Source: Candidatus Bathyarchaeota archaeon (GTDB lineage Archaea > Thermoproteota > Bathyarchaeia > Bathyarchaeales > Bathycorpusculaceae). Taken from it: a stretch of 64,000 nt of DNA. The DNA lies in NCBI GenBank assembly GCA_963828195.1, contig CAWHDT010000001.1, positions 32,001 through 96,000 on the forward strand. The letters run 5' to 3'. Position numbers and translations under genes: made by a program. The stretch's first letter is position 1, and each line of letters starts with the position of its first letter. Below are positions 8,586-18,313 of this stretch, piece after piece. The notes below the pieces were generated by a model. The model did not search any database. It was not told the DNA's origin and saw nothing but the letters and a program-made list of their open reading frames with translations.

Positions 8586-9722
8586 ATGCGCAAGCCGCCG
8601 CTTAACCGTAAGCCAGTCAAGCTGCTGATTATCTTTACATTAGCGGTTATAGTTTCTTTACCGATTTTTCTGCCCTTCGGGGTGGTGGCTGCTCAAAGCT
8701 CAGCCCAAAATCAGTATTACAACACAGAATTTGCATGGGATTACGGAGGAAACCATTGGGATTGGAACCTGAGCATTCCAATGACGCTCTATGATTCTTT
8801 CGACTCGACGGCAGTTCCCGATTCAGTTCGAACACCGTATGGGCTTGCAGACTTTGGCTTTTTCACTACAACTCAAGATGCCTACATGATTACTCTTGCC
8901 GACAAACTTAATGAAAGCGCAGCGCAGAATGGATATGGCTCATACGATGAAGTAAACTTTATTTTAGCATTCGTGCAAAGCATACCCTACAAAACAGACA
9001 ATGTGAGCACAGGTTACCAGGACTACCCGAGGTTCCCCGTTGAAACTTTGGTGGATAATGTTGGAGACTGCAAATCTCACTCCGTACTTTTTGCCACGTT
9101 AATGCTTATTTTGGGTTATGGCACCGTTTTCATCAACCCGCCAGATCATTTAGCGGTTGGCATACTGGGAAGTAACCTTCAAGGAACATATTGGACTTAC
9201 AATAACGGATCTTACTATTACTGCGAAACTACCGGTCCGGGGTTTACAATTGGTGTACTTCCCGAACAATTCAATGGCGTAACTGCCAATGTCTACCCGA
9301 TAGACACCAATGAACAATACGTTCCAAATTTGCAGACAACTTCAACCGAGCCCAACCCATTTATTGTTCCTTACCAATCTACGCCAACTCCGACTTCGGA
9401 ACCGAACCCGTCGGCTTCTTCGCCTAACATCTCTGAACCCACAATTCAACCAGTCATGCCGATGTCACTTAATTTAATTTCTGAGGACCCATTTTTCTTC
9501 ACCGTAATTATTATTGCAATAGTAATTTCGATAACGGTCACCATTAAGACAGCAGGCAAATCCAAGCAAAGGTCTCCTCTCAATGAAACAGTTTCAACTG
9601 GGTCAAGCAGCCCCAATGGGGCAATTGTCAACTCAGAAAACGGCAAGTTCTGCATCTATTGTGGCTCAAGTAACAAATCGATTGCGGTATACTGCGAAAA
9701 ATGCGGTAAAAAAATAGCTTAA
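8586..9722 (+). CDS. Membrane-anchored transglutaminase-like protein with C-terminal zinc ribbon
   Basis: N-terminal signal/TM; 'GDCKSHS', 'PDHLAVG', 'YCETT' triad; P/T/S linker; TM; 'FCIYCG...YCEKCG'. Confidence 0.8.
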   Translation: MRKPPLNRKPVKLLIIFTLAVIVSLPIFLPFGVVAAQSSAQNQYYNTEFAWDYGGNHWDWNLSIPMTLYDSFDSTAVPDSVRTPYGLADFGFFTTTQDAYMITLADKLNESAAQNGYGSYDEVNFILAFVQSIPYKTDNVSTGYQDYPRFPVETLVDNVGDCKSHSVLFATLMLILGYGTVFINPPDHLAVGILGSNLQGTYWTYNNGSYYYCETTGPGFTIGVLPEQFNGVTANVYPIDTNEQYVPNLQTTSTEPNPFIVPYQSTPTPTSEPNPSASSPNISEPTIQPVMPMSLNLISEDPFFFTVIIIAIVISITVTIKTAGKSKQRSPLNETVSTGSSSPNGAIVNSENGKFCIYCGSSNKSIAVYCEKCGKKIA

Positions 9723-9750
9723 GCCGCAATCCTACCTTTCTTAATGCGTT

Positions 9751-10302
9751 TCAAGTTTCATGTCTCAACAGCGAATTGAGAGTTTCATCCGCAAATCTGT
9801 CTAGTTTAGCCTTCACATAAGCGACGATTCCGACTTCTAAAAGTATAGCAGCTGAAAGGAAGATGGCAAGAGATTTTGTTAGAGTCACAAAAGCGTGTCC
9901 TATTTGAAAATTCACGCCTCCATTAACTGTTATTAGCCAGCTCCAGAAATTAGGATTCTGATTAACCATAAACGCTTCTAAATCAAACGTTATCCATAGA
10001 CATAAACTGACCAACAAGGCAGCTAAGGCGCAGCCGACGACTGTTAGGTTTTTCCAGTCCGAAGTCAACTGGGAAGAGCAGGTTACTTGTGTTTCAGAAT
10101 CAACCCTCTCAAAATCGATGGTGATTGTTTTTTTGGCTGTTCTTGGCGACGCCCCCCATAGCGAGCCCTGTTTAACCAAAATTTGCTTAGGCGGATCTTC
10201 TGAGATTATTTTGCAGCCTTTTGCTGCGAACGCAGCTTTCACATCTGAATAGGCTTTATCGATTCTTAAATTGACAGTTCGTTTGAGCAACGGAGGCACC
10301 AT
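9751..10302 (-). CDS. Hypothetical membrane protein
   Basis: 183-aa ORF, soluble N-terminal domain and two TMs. Confidence 0.7.
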   Translation of the reverse strand: MVPPLLKRTVNLRIDKAYSDVKAAFAAKGCKIISEDPPKQILVKQGSLWGASPRTAKKTITIDFERVDSETQVTCSSQLTSDWKNLTVVGCALAALLVSLCLWITFDLEAFMVNQNPNFWSWLITVNGGVNFQIGHAFVTLTKSLAIFLSAAILLEVGIVAYVKAKLDRFADETLNSLLRHET

Positions 10303-10345
10303 TTAGATTGAGCAGTTATGCAGCTGTTTACCTAAAAAGCTTCTT

Positions 10346-10966
10346 CTAATGCCTCGCCCTAGCTTTAAAACCTTTAATGTGCCTGCGCTCTAAGGCTCGG
10401 TTTCGCTCCATGTTTTTTATGCGGGCATAAAGCTTTGACACCTTGGTTTTAGAGGGCACCTTAGACCGCGGCTTATGAACAGGCACAGGAGTGAACGGTT
10501 TATTAATTTCAAGTTTGCGTCTTCTAGATTTTTTGACTGCAACATTACGGACTTTCTTGAATATCACGTAGCCCTCTTTGAGGTTTAGTTCCTGCACTTC
10601 CCAACCCGCATTTAGCCAAGCCTTTGCATGAGCGCTTGATGTTGAGTTACTCCACCAAGCATCATCTCTGAAAGCGTTCATAGGAAGGTTACTGCCGATT
10701 AAGCCGTCTATTCTTGCAAAGGAAAGTTTCACCAAATCTGTGAAAGCAGCTCTAAACTTCAAATGGCTTTCAAGCCCATCATACTTGGAGGCTGAACGCG
10801 GCGAAACCACTCGCCTAGCACAATGGAGGCACAACATGGCATTCGGGTCCCCAGTGGCAACATCAGGCACCATGCAGTCTCTGCAAAACAGTTTTTTACA
10901 ACGTTCGCACTTTCGCATGTAAGCTACGCGCAGAACTCTTCCACAGATCCCGCATTCATCTTTCAA
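10346..10966 (-). CDS. Cys8 zinc-finger protein with DUF7662-like domain and basic tail
   Basis: Four CxxC pairs, then 'KYDGLESHL...LSFARIDGLIG..LP....WWSN....HAKAWLNAGW'. Confidence 0.7.
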   Translation of the reverse strand: MKDECGICGRVLRVAYMRKCERCKKLFCRDCMVPDVATGDPNAMLCLHCARRVVSPRSASKYDGLESHLKFRAAFTDLVKLSFARIDGLIGSNLPMNAFRDDAWWSNSTSSAHAKAWLNAGWEVQELNLKEGYVIFKKVRNVAVKKSRRRKLEINKPFTPVPVHKPRSKVPSKTKVSKLYARIKNMERNRALERRHIKGFKARARH

Positions 10967-11031
10967 CGAATAGTCAACCTTTTACTAAGCGAACTTAAAA
11001 GTCACTAAACATATTCCGCATTTTAGACATA

Positions 11032-12570
11032 TTAATTTTCATTTTCTGAAAAACCGTTTTCGCCCAAATTATTGCCTTTATGGGTTAACTGTCGTAGCGT
11101 GACCTTGATTTCTTCCACTATTAATCTAATCAGGTCTCTCGCTTGGGCATCAATCGTCAGCAGCAAACCCGCATAGATTGCAAAGCCCCCAACGGCTTTT
11201 GCTATTGTAGGAAGCAGTGTTGATGGAGTGGGAAGCAGAAAAAGTACAACGCCCATAAAGATGGAAGCAAGAACATATTTGACTATACTTTTCCAAGCAA
11301 CAGGTAACCTAATTGAACGACGCCAAGACCAGTAAAGCCCAATAAAGGCTGAAAACTGAATGACAGTAAGTATTACGATAATGTCAACTGCCGCTTGGGG
11401 TGTTCCAGCTAGCCGAACATGCGTCAGAACTAAATAGATTAATGGTAAAGCAAATGCTGCCTGAATGTATCCAAGACTGAAAACGCCGAATATTTTGCTT
11501 CCGACAAGTTTACGAAGTGAAATTTTTCCTTCAGCGTCAAACCCTTCTCGGCCCATAATGAGCGAAGAATAAAACGAAATTATCACACCTACAAAAGTAT
11601 TAGCCGTTAATGCAACGAGAACGGGCCAAGCAACACTGTAAGATATATTTAAAACTGATAAGAACGAGATAGACATAACCATAGTTATAGTGGCTAATGG
11701 AATGGCCAACATTAACACTGTTCTTAATGATGTTCGCACCTGATCGTCTGGGCAACATTTAGCCAACAGTTTAGGATACATCGCAAATGCCAAAGAAGAG
11801 GAATAACCCACTATAGTCGTGAAACTTAAAGCTGCTTGATAGTAAGCTCTATCCGTTGCTCCACCATATAGGAAGAGCAAGATAAGTGCGAAAGCAACTA
11901 ACTGTCCGCCAATGGAGCTATAAGCAAATGCTGTTGAACCCTTAAGCCATTCTTTTAGGTAACTCCAGTTTATTTTTTGCTTAAATTCATCAGCTAAAAG
12001 TCGCATATAGTATGAAATTTGAACTAGGACAGAAATAACCAAACTTAGTATTGCGCCGAGAAATAGCTGCCTAAAACCAAGAATCAAAACTAAAGCAACA
12101 ATCACTTTCACTATTTCCTCAATCAAAAAACCATAGCCAATTACATGCGGCTTCATAGCAGTTAAAACGCTTTCAAAAATTGAGATCATGTAAGTGTTCA
12201 AAATGTACAAGCCAGTAATCAAGTAAATTAGCAAGTAAGCTTCGGTACCGATTGCTCTTGAAATCAGAACAATTACAGGAAGATAAATTACGACTGAAAT
12301 AAGAGCTATGAATAACTGCGCTAAAACGCCTGTTTTAACAGTTCCCGCCTTGCCTCTTGCCATAAACCGAGTTGCCCAGAAGGGTAACATGCCACTGAAA
12401 AGCAGAAAGTACCCAGTGTAATCAAAAATGTTTGTCCAAATACCAAATTGGCTTGTGGTCATGTTTCGGGTAAGCAAAAGTGTATAGATAAGCCCCGTAA
12501 TTATGCCTAATACTTGAGACGTAAAAATAATAAATCCGCTGTACTGAAGCCTGATTTCATGTTTGCTCAA
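11032..12570 (-). CDS. Polysaccharide/oligosaccharide flippase (MOP superfamily)
   Basis: About 13-14 TMs, 'LLTRNMTTSQFGIW', 'AMYPKL'. Confidence 0.75.
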   Translation of the reverse strand: MSKHEIRLQYSGFIIFTSQVLGIITGLIYTLLLTRNMTTSQFGIWTNIFDYTGYFLLFSGMLPFWATRFMARGKAGTVKTGVLAQLFIALISVVIYLPVIVLISRAIGTEAYLLIYLITGLYILNTYMISIFESVLTAMKPHVIGYGFLIEEIVKVIVALVLILGFRQLFLGAILSLVISVLVQISYYMRLLADEFKQKINWSYLKEWLKGSTAFAYSSIGGQLVAFALILLFLYGGATDRAYYQAALSFTTIVGYSSSLAFAMYPKLLAKCCPDDQVRTSLRTVLMLAIPLATITMVMSISFLSVLNISYSVAWPVLVALTANTFVGVIISFYSSLIMGREGFDAEGKISLRKLVGSKIFGVFSLGYIQAAFALPLIYLVLTHVRLAGTPQAAVDIIVILTVIQFSAFIGLYWSWRRSIRLPVAWKSIVKYVLASIFMGVVLFLLPTPSTLLPTIAKAVGGFAIYAGLLLTIDAQARDLIRLIVEEIKVTLRQLTHKGNNLGENGFSENEN

Positions 12571-12692
12571 GTGAGCCTTCCCGCTTTTGACGATTTAGTA
12601 AAAGACCATTATTAAACTTCTAGATATACGATTCCCCAAATCAACCCACAAAAACAAGATTCAACCAAAAAAATAAAAACGAGGAATAAGCT

Positions 12693-14171
12693 CTAGCCTT
12701 TCACCACAGCGAGCGGAACGAGCCGAGCGACTTTAGTGGCAATTCCAACTTTATCGCTGACGTCGGCAACCACATCAACATTCTTATACGCTGGGTCGGC
12801 TTCCTCTGCCAAAACAGAAATGCTTGCTGCACGAACAACAATACCACGTTTCTCCAAAGCCGCTTTTATGTCTCCGCCCCAGTACTGCCGTTTTGCTGCT
12901 GATCGACTCATCATTCTTCCTGCGCCATGAGCTGTTGAACCAAAAGTTAAGTCCATAGCTTTCGGTGAACCCACCAAAACCCACGAGCTTGTGCCCATGC
13001 TCCCTGGAATGAGTACTGGCTGCCCTTCACTTCTGTAATCGACGGGAACATCTTGATGCCCTGCTGGGAAGGCACGTGTTGCTCCCTTGCGATGAACCCA
13101 AACCTTCTTTTCTCCGCCATCAATCTTGTGTGTTTCTACTTTAGCGATATTATGGGTTACGTCATAAACAAGTTTTAAACCGAAGTTTTCGGGAGGCTGC
13201 TGGAAAGCTTGTTGAAAGCTTTGTCTGACCCAATGCATAATTGCGTGGCGATTGCAAAAAGCATAGTTTACGGCGCACGCCATAGCTTGGAAGTAATCAC
13301 TTGCTTCACTGCTATGTCCAGGGGCACATGCCAATTCCCGGTCAGGTAACGTTATCTTGTACTTTTGCACTGCATGCTCCATTACCCTCAGGTAGTCGGA
13401 GCAGACTTGGTGACCATAGCCTCGTGAACCGCAGTGAATCATGACTGTAACTTGGCCTTCTTGCATAATTCCAAAAGCTTTAGCTGTTTTAGGGTTAAAG
13501 ATTTTATCTACTTTTTGGATTTCTAAGAAATGATTCCCCGAACCTAAAGTGCCAATTTGGGTTAATCCCCTGCTTTTAGCTGTCGACGAAACCTTATCAG
13601 GGTCAGCATTAGCCATGCAGCCGTTTTCTTCACAGTGCGAAGCATCTTCAGGCCAACCAAACCCTCGTTTAATAAGCCAGGGCACTCCTTCAACTACCAA
13701 GTGGTCTAGGTCGGCTGATAAAATCGTTAAATCCTTTCGCCGGCTGCCAAGTCCAGAGGGAACATTTCGGAAAATTGTTTCAGCTAAAGCCACAAGTTTA
13801 GGGCGGATCTCTTGTTCCGAAAGCGTTGTTGATAGTAGGCGAACGCCACAATTAATATCGTAGCCTACGCCGCCTGGGCTTATTACGCCTTCATCATAGT
13901 CGGTTGCGGCGACGCCGCCTATTGGAAAACCGTAACCTTCATGCCCGTCGGGCAATGTTATTGCATGCTTATAAATTCCAGGCAATTGTGCTACGTTTGT
14001 GCATTGCCAGAGAGTACGATCAGTCTTCATCTTTTCTAAAAGCGCTTCGTTTGCAAAAACCACGCCTGGAACTCTCATAGCTGACTTGTATTTAGGGATA
14101 CGCCAAGAGTAATCATTTATTTTCTCAAGAGGAACTTCTTCTGGCGCCCCTCGACTTTCACTTTCACCCAA
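12693..14171 (-). CDS. rtcB: RNA-splicing ligase RtcB
   Basis: 'PDGHEGYGFPIGG', 'GYDINCG', 'GTLGSGNHFLE', 'HRKGAT', 'HGAGR', ends 'VVKG'; no intein. Confidence 0.97.
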   Translation of the reverse strand: MGESESRGAPEEVPLEKINDYSWRIPKYKSAMRVPGVVFANEALLEKMKTDRTLWQCTNVAQLPGIYKHAITLPDGHEGYGFPIGGVAATDYDEGVISPGGVGYDINCGVRLLSTTLSEQEIRPKLVALAETIFRNVPSGLGSRRKDLTILSADLDHLVVEGVPWLIKRGFGWPEDASHCEENGCMANADPDKVSSTAKSRGLTQIGTLGSGNHFLEIQKVDKIFNPKTAKAFGIMQEGQVTVMIHCGSRGYGHQVCSDYLRVMEHAVQKYKITLPDRELACAPGHSSEASDYFQAMACAVNYAFCNRHAIMHWVRQSFQQAFQQPPENFGLKLVYDVTHNIAKVETHKIDGGEKKVWVHRKGATRAFPAGHQDVPVDYRSEGQPVLIPGSMGTSSWVLVGSPKAMDLTFGSTAHGAGRMMSRSAAKRQYWGGDIKAALEKRGIVVRAASISVLAEEADPAYKNVDVVADVSDKVGIATKVARLVPLAVVKG

Positions 14172-14204
14172 AACTTTTCACCTTAAAAACAAAGTGGAAA
14201 GATA

Positions 14205-14217
14205 CTATAAAACGTTT
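14205..14217 (-). promoter_or_regulatory. Putative BRE/TATA promoter of rtcB
   Basis: Minus strand AAACGTTTTATAG about 34 nt upstream of the start, with an AGGTGA RBS; similar AAA(C/G)(G/C)TTT(T)A boxes precede neighbouring genes. Confidence 0.5.
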
Positions 14218-15136
14218 ATGAATCCTCTTTAGCCTGATTTTGCTTCGCATATTCGATAAAACCCTGTACACTGTTTCCAAGAGCGGTCCTTGAGTAAATT
14301 CGATGCGATTTTAGGTAATTTGCCAGTTGATGCATAACCGTATCCTCAGCAATTATTCTTTCTCGCACCTCCTCCAAACTTTGGTTTTTCCTGACACCTT
14401 CCTCCGCGACTTTCGCCCATAAACGAAGCTGGCTCTTGTAATCCTTAAGGCGTTGAACCCCATTCGAGGCTTTTCCGAAGTGGCTGTAATACAAGGCTGT
14501 CGGCTTAAGGCTGATTAATTTATCTAAAGAAGCTAACCCTGCGGCAAGATAGAAGGGAGGCGGCGTTGTAGGCATCACCACATCGAACTCTGGGAAATAA
14601 GTGCCTGCTGCATCCCCAGGGAAAACTCCTCCGTTGAACGATTCGTGAAAGCTAAGGTTGTGTGAAGCATGCCCAGGCGTTTCAATGACCGTTAGTTTTG
14701 CGCCGTCATCCAGGTTAAAGGAGCCTTCTGTGATAGGGATCATTCGTTCTTTTGAAACAGGTTCAGGCTTTCCGAAGATTCCGCTTACATACCCGAGAAC
14801 TTCTTGAGCAGAAAGCCAAAGCTTTTCGGGATTAATCAGATGGGGCATTCCCCGCGGGTGGACAAGGATTTTTGCGTTCGGCAAAAACTTTAGTAACGTG
14901 CCAGCGCCGCCGCCGTGATCTAAATGTACGTGCGTAATAGCAACGTATTCAACATCTTCGAATCTGATGTCGAGTTCCATTAAGCCAGAAACAAGGTTAG
15001 GCACCGAAGAAGTTGGACCGGACTCCACCAGCAAAGTTTTAGGGCCCTTTATTGCGTAGCTGCAGATGAGGTTTTTGAATCCTCCAGTTTCCAAGTCGAT
15101 CTGAAACAGGTTTTTCCCAATTTCTTTTGTATGCAA
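14216..15136 (-). CDS. Metallo-beta-lactamase fold hydrolase
   Basis: 'THVHLDHGGG', 'TPGHASH', 'GDAAG', 'YSHFG'. Confidence 0.9.
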   Translation of the reverse strand: MHTKEIGKNLFQIDLETGGFKNLICSYAIKGPKTLLVESGPTSSVPNLVSGLMELDIRFEDVEYVAITHVHLDHGGGAGTLLKFLPNAKILVHPRGMPHLINPEKLWLSAQEVLGYVSGIFGKPEPVSKERMIPITEGSFNLDDGAKLTVIETPGHASHNLSFHESFNGGVFPGDAAGTYFPEFDVVMPTTPPPFYLAAGLASLDKLISLKPTALYYSHFGKASNGVQRLKDYKSQLRLWAKVAEEGVRKNQSLEEVRERIIAEDTVMHQLANYLKSHRIYSRTALGNSVQGFIEYAKQNQAKEDS

Positions 15137-15267
15137 AACTTCACCCTTGATTAGGTCTGATAAGTTTTTGTTATGCCATAAACGTTTCCATGAATCTAAA
15201 AAGCAACTAGTAAAACTTAATTATACACCAGTATTCTATGGGAGAGTTAAGAGGTTGCAGATGTAAA

Positions 15268-15921
15268 TTGAAAGCAATTATCTTTGGAGCACCAGGCTCT
15301 GGAAAGGGAACGTATGGTTCAAGGCTACAAGCAAAACTCAATGTTGAAGTAATAGCAACGGGCGATATTTTCCGCGAATTAATGAAAGAAGAGTCTGAAG
15401 TAGGCAGAAAAGTAAGGGGATACGTGGAAAAGGGGCTTCTTGTCCCAGACAATGTTGTTGTAGAAGTATTAAAGCAACGCTTAAGCAAAATTCCAGAAGA
15501 AAAAGGCTTCATTTTGGACGGTTACCCACGAACACTTGATCAAACGAAAATCTTGGAAAACATCACTAAAATTGACGTAATACTGCTGCTGGATGTTCCA
15601 GACTGGATTATTATTGAGCGCTTATCTTCACGTAGAATATGCCGGAACTGCGGAACTGTTTACAACATTCGCTTCTTAAAGCCAAAAATTGAAGGGGTCT
15701 GTGACAAGTGCGGCGGAGCTTTGTATCAGCGATCTGATGATAATCCCGAAGTTATAAAGCAAAGGCTAAATGTTTACCAAGAGCAAACAAAGCCGCTTCT
15801 GGAGTATTTTAAAGCCGAAAAAGTGCCCTTTATCACTTCACACACTACAAGCCTAGAACAATCACCAGAACCCATAGTTGACAAAATGATAGAGGACCTA
15901 AAAAAAATAAAGATAATCTAA
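15268..15921 (+). CDS. adk: Adenylate kinase, bacterial-type with Zn-LID
   Basis: 'GAPGSGKGT', 'LDGYPR', LID 'CRNC...CDKC', 'QRSDD'; TTG at 15268 is the likely start. Confidence 0.92.
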   Translation: MKAIIFGAPGSGKGTYGSRLQAKLNVEVIATGDIFRELMKEESEVGRKVRGYVEKGLLVPDNVVVEVLKQRLSKIPEEKGFILDGYPRTLDQTKILENITKIDVILLLDVPDWIIIERLSSRRICRNCGTVYNIRFLKPKIEGVCDKCGGALYQRSDDNPEVIKQRLNVYQEQTKPLLEYFKAEKVPFITSHTTSLEQSPEPIVDKMIEDLKKIKII

Positions 15922-16148
15922 ACGACGACACAAATTTCTCGCCAAACACCGTTTTCTTTTCATATTCTCCTTTGTATCCAAAGCTTTTAGCATGAAGGAA
16001 CACGCAGAAATTAAATTGCCACAGCCATGCCCTGGTTTTGATCCAAAAAACAAACAGCGTTTAGTTTAAAGGAGCAATAAAGCAAAAACAAAACTGAAAA
16101 AGAACTAGCTTTAATGTTTATATAGATTCGGCTAATTATGCTATCGCT

Positions 16149-17207
16149 ATGAGCTCCAAAAAAACTGGTTTCGAGGACTCACTTTTAGCTGAAGTTGTTT
16201 CAACCGGAAAATGCGCAAGCTGTGGAACATGCGTTGTCGTCTGCCCCTTCGGCAGCCTTGAATTTGCCGAGGGTAAACCCAATTTGATAAAAGAATGCAA
16301 GGTCTGCGGCATATGCTCCCAGGCTTGTCCAAGATACAACTGGGCTATGGCGAAAGCTGAGAACTTTGTTTTCGGCAGGGAAAGAAAACCAGAAGAGGAA
16401 TTCGGAGTTTTCCGCAGAATAGCCGCTGCCCAAGCAAAACCTTCAGATATTCTTAAGGCACGTCAGGATGGGGGTGCCGCTACCGCAATGTTGGTTGCTG
16501 CTTTGCAGAGCGGACTAATCGATGGAGCCGTCGTTTCTGGGAAAAGCCGAGAAAAACCATTCCGGCCCATCCCTATTCTTGCAACGTCTGGAGAGAAAAT
16601 TGTTGAGTCGGCTGGAACAAAGTACACTTGCTCCTCGGCGCTTGCTGCTTTGCCCGAAGTAATTAAGCAGAAAAAGAGTCAAGTCGCGTTTGTGGGCACA
16701 CCATGCCAGATTCAAGCTGTCAGAAAAATGCAGATGAACGGTGTGAAGAGGTACAGCGCGCCGATAAAGTATCTAGTTGGGCTTATGTGCTCTGAGTGTT
16801 TTGATTACGAGGGACTCATGGAAACCCACATTAAAGGCAAATTAGGCATCAACCTAAACGACATCACAAAAATGAACATTAAAGGAAAAATGCTTGTAAC
16901 CACGCCGGCGGGAACCACAGCCATTCCCCTTGCAGACATAAAACAGTACGTTAGAAAAAGCTGCAGCGTCTGCGAAGACTTCAGCTCCGAACTCGCCGAC
17001 GTCTCAGTGGGCGGATTGGGGCTTGACGGCTGGACCTTCACAATTATCCGAACAGAAAAAGGCGAAGAACTATTCACAAACGCCGAAAAAACAGGATTCT
17101 TAGAATCAAAACCGCTCGAAGAAGGCGCATTCTCCAAGGGACTGCTGCTTAAGTTATCGAAGAAAAAACACGATACAGTAGCCACTCAGGCCCAGCCAAA
17201 ACAGTAA
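16149..17207 (+). CDS. Coenzyme F420 hydrogenase/dehydrogenase beta-subunit family protein (FrhB/FpoF-like) with N-terminal 2x[4Fe-4S] domain
   Basis: 'CASCGTCVVVCP', 'CKVCGICSQACP', 'QDGG', 'AGTKY', 'VGTPCQ', 'GLMCSE', 'CSVCEDFSSELADVSVG'. Confidence 0.9.
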   Translation: MSSKKTGFEDSLLAEVVSTGKCASCGTCVVVCPFGSLEFAEGKPNLIKECKVCGICSQACPRYNWAMAKAENFVFGRERKPEEEFGVFRRIAAAQAKPSDILKARQDGGAATAMLVAALQSGLIDGAVVSGKSREKPFRPIPILATSGEKIVESAGTKYTCSSALAALPEVIKQKKSQVAFVGTPCQIQAVRKMQMNGVKRYSAPIKYLVGLMCSECFDYEGLMETHIKGKLGINLNDITKMNIKGKMLVTTPAGTTAIPLADIKQYVRKSCSVCEDFSSELADVSVGGLGLDGWTFTIIRTEKGEELFTNAEKTGFLESKPLEEGAFSKGLLLKLSKKKHDTVATQAQPKQ

Positions 17208-17325
17208 ACAACCAAAAGCCAAATCTTCCATATTCTTAACTATTTTTTTACATTTCGGCATATAGATCATCAGGCACATAGTTTATTGGAGAGCGCAGAT
17301 GAAAGAAAAAAATGCGCGTAAGGCT

Positions 17326-17787
17326 TTAAATATCCATGATGAATTCTAAGACAACCAAATCCCTTTCTCTAATGATTACCATTCTATGATAAGTTACAGC
17401 TTTTACGGCGACTTTCTGCGGGTGCTTCTGAGAATCAAATTTTTCACCCCAAATTTTCGCCTTAATTTTGAAGTTTTCATCTGTTTCTGCCCATTTAGTT
17501 ATTTGGAATTTTGAGTAAAGCATATTTTCAGTTTCAAACTTCACCAGCAACGCTTCAAGCCAATTATAAAGCAGCGCGTACTGATCTTCGGCTTCAACCT
17601 CCACGGTTTCCTCTTGTGTTTGGGCTATTTTGTCGGTATCTGTCATGGTTTCAAACATTGAGAGAGCAGCGTTTTCGTATGCTTCCTCCATTGTTTTGCC
17701 ATGAGCCCGGACGTAAACATCCGCGGTATGTTCTAAAAACTCGAATTTTCCAGCAAATTTATCAGCAGAGTCCATTTTGAGCCTCAA
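17326..17787 (-). CDS. Archease (RtcB cofactor)
   Basis: 'FEFLEHTADV', 'VKAVTYH', C-terminal 'DI'. Confidence 0.95.
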   Translation of the reverse strand: MRLKMDSADKFAGKFEFLEHTADVYVRAHGKTMEEAYENAALSMFETMTDTDKIAQTQEETVEVEAEDQYALLYNWLEALLVKFETENMLYSKFQITKWAETDENFKIKAKIWGEKFDSQKHPQKVAVKAVTYHRMVIIRERDLVVLEFIMDI

Positions 17788-17843
17788 TAGTTAAATGATG
17801 GTGAACAGTTAAAACGCTTTTGCTGGTAATGGCTACCAAAAAA

Positions 17844-18299
17844 TTATTTGTTTTCTAATGCAAGAAAACTTTCGATCGCATTTTTAATCAGGTTAGCGCA
17901 CACTTTCTCAAAGACCTTTTCCTGCCGAGCTTTAGCCGCCTGTTCATGATTTGACAAGTCATATTTAATCAGGTCGCGACATAGAACGGTGCCATTCTGC
18001 GTCTCAAATTGTTTGAAAAGTTTTTTTGCTTTTGTGTATGTTTCTGCCCTTTTATCCATGCCAGCTTCGTTTGATGCATATTTGATTCCCACCGCCATGA
18101 TACTGCCTGTTAAAGCTCCACACGTGGAGCCGCATCGCCCGATACCTCCTCCGAAACCCGCCGCAATTTTCGGAATTAAGTCGCTGTTGCCTTCAGGTTC
18201 CAAGTATTGATATAATGTTAAGAGTACACTCTGTGCACAGTTGTAGCCGCTTTGAAAGTGTTTAATTGCTTTTCCTCCCAAATCTTGATCGGATGGCAC
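17844..18299 (-). CDS. C_GCAxxG_C_C family putative redox protein
   Basis: 'YNCAQSV', 'GGGIGRCGSTCGALTG', 'LCRDL', 'VC'. Confidence 0.85.
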   Translation of the reverse strand: MPSDQDLGGKAIKHFQSGYNCAQSVLLTLYQYLEPEGNSDLIPKIAAGFGGGIGRCGSTCGALTGSIMAVGIKYASNEAGMDKRAETYTKAKKLFKQFETQNGTVLCRDLIKYDLSNHEQAAKARQEKVFEKVCANLIKNAIESFLALENK

Positions 18300-18313
18300 C
18301 GTTTTTTCACCCT

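Noticed and set aside
12693-14171. Intein in RtcB
   Set aside because: Length (492 aa) and motif spacing match the intein-free protein
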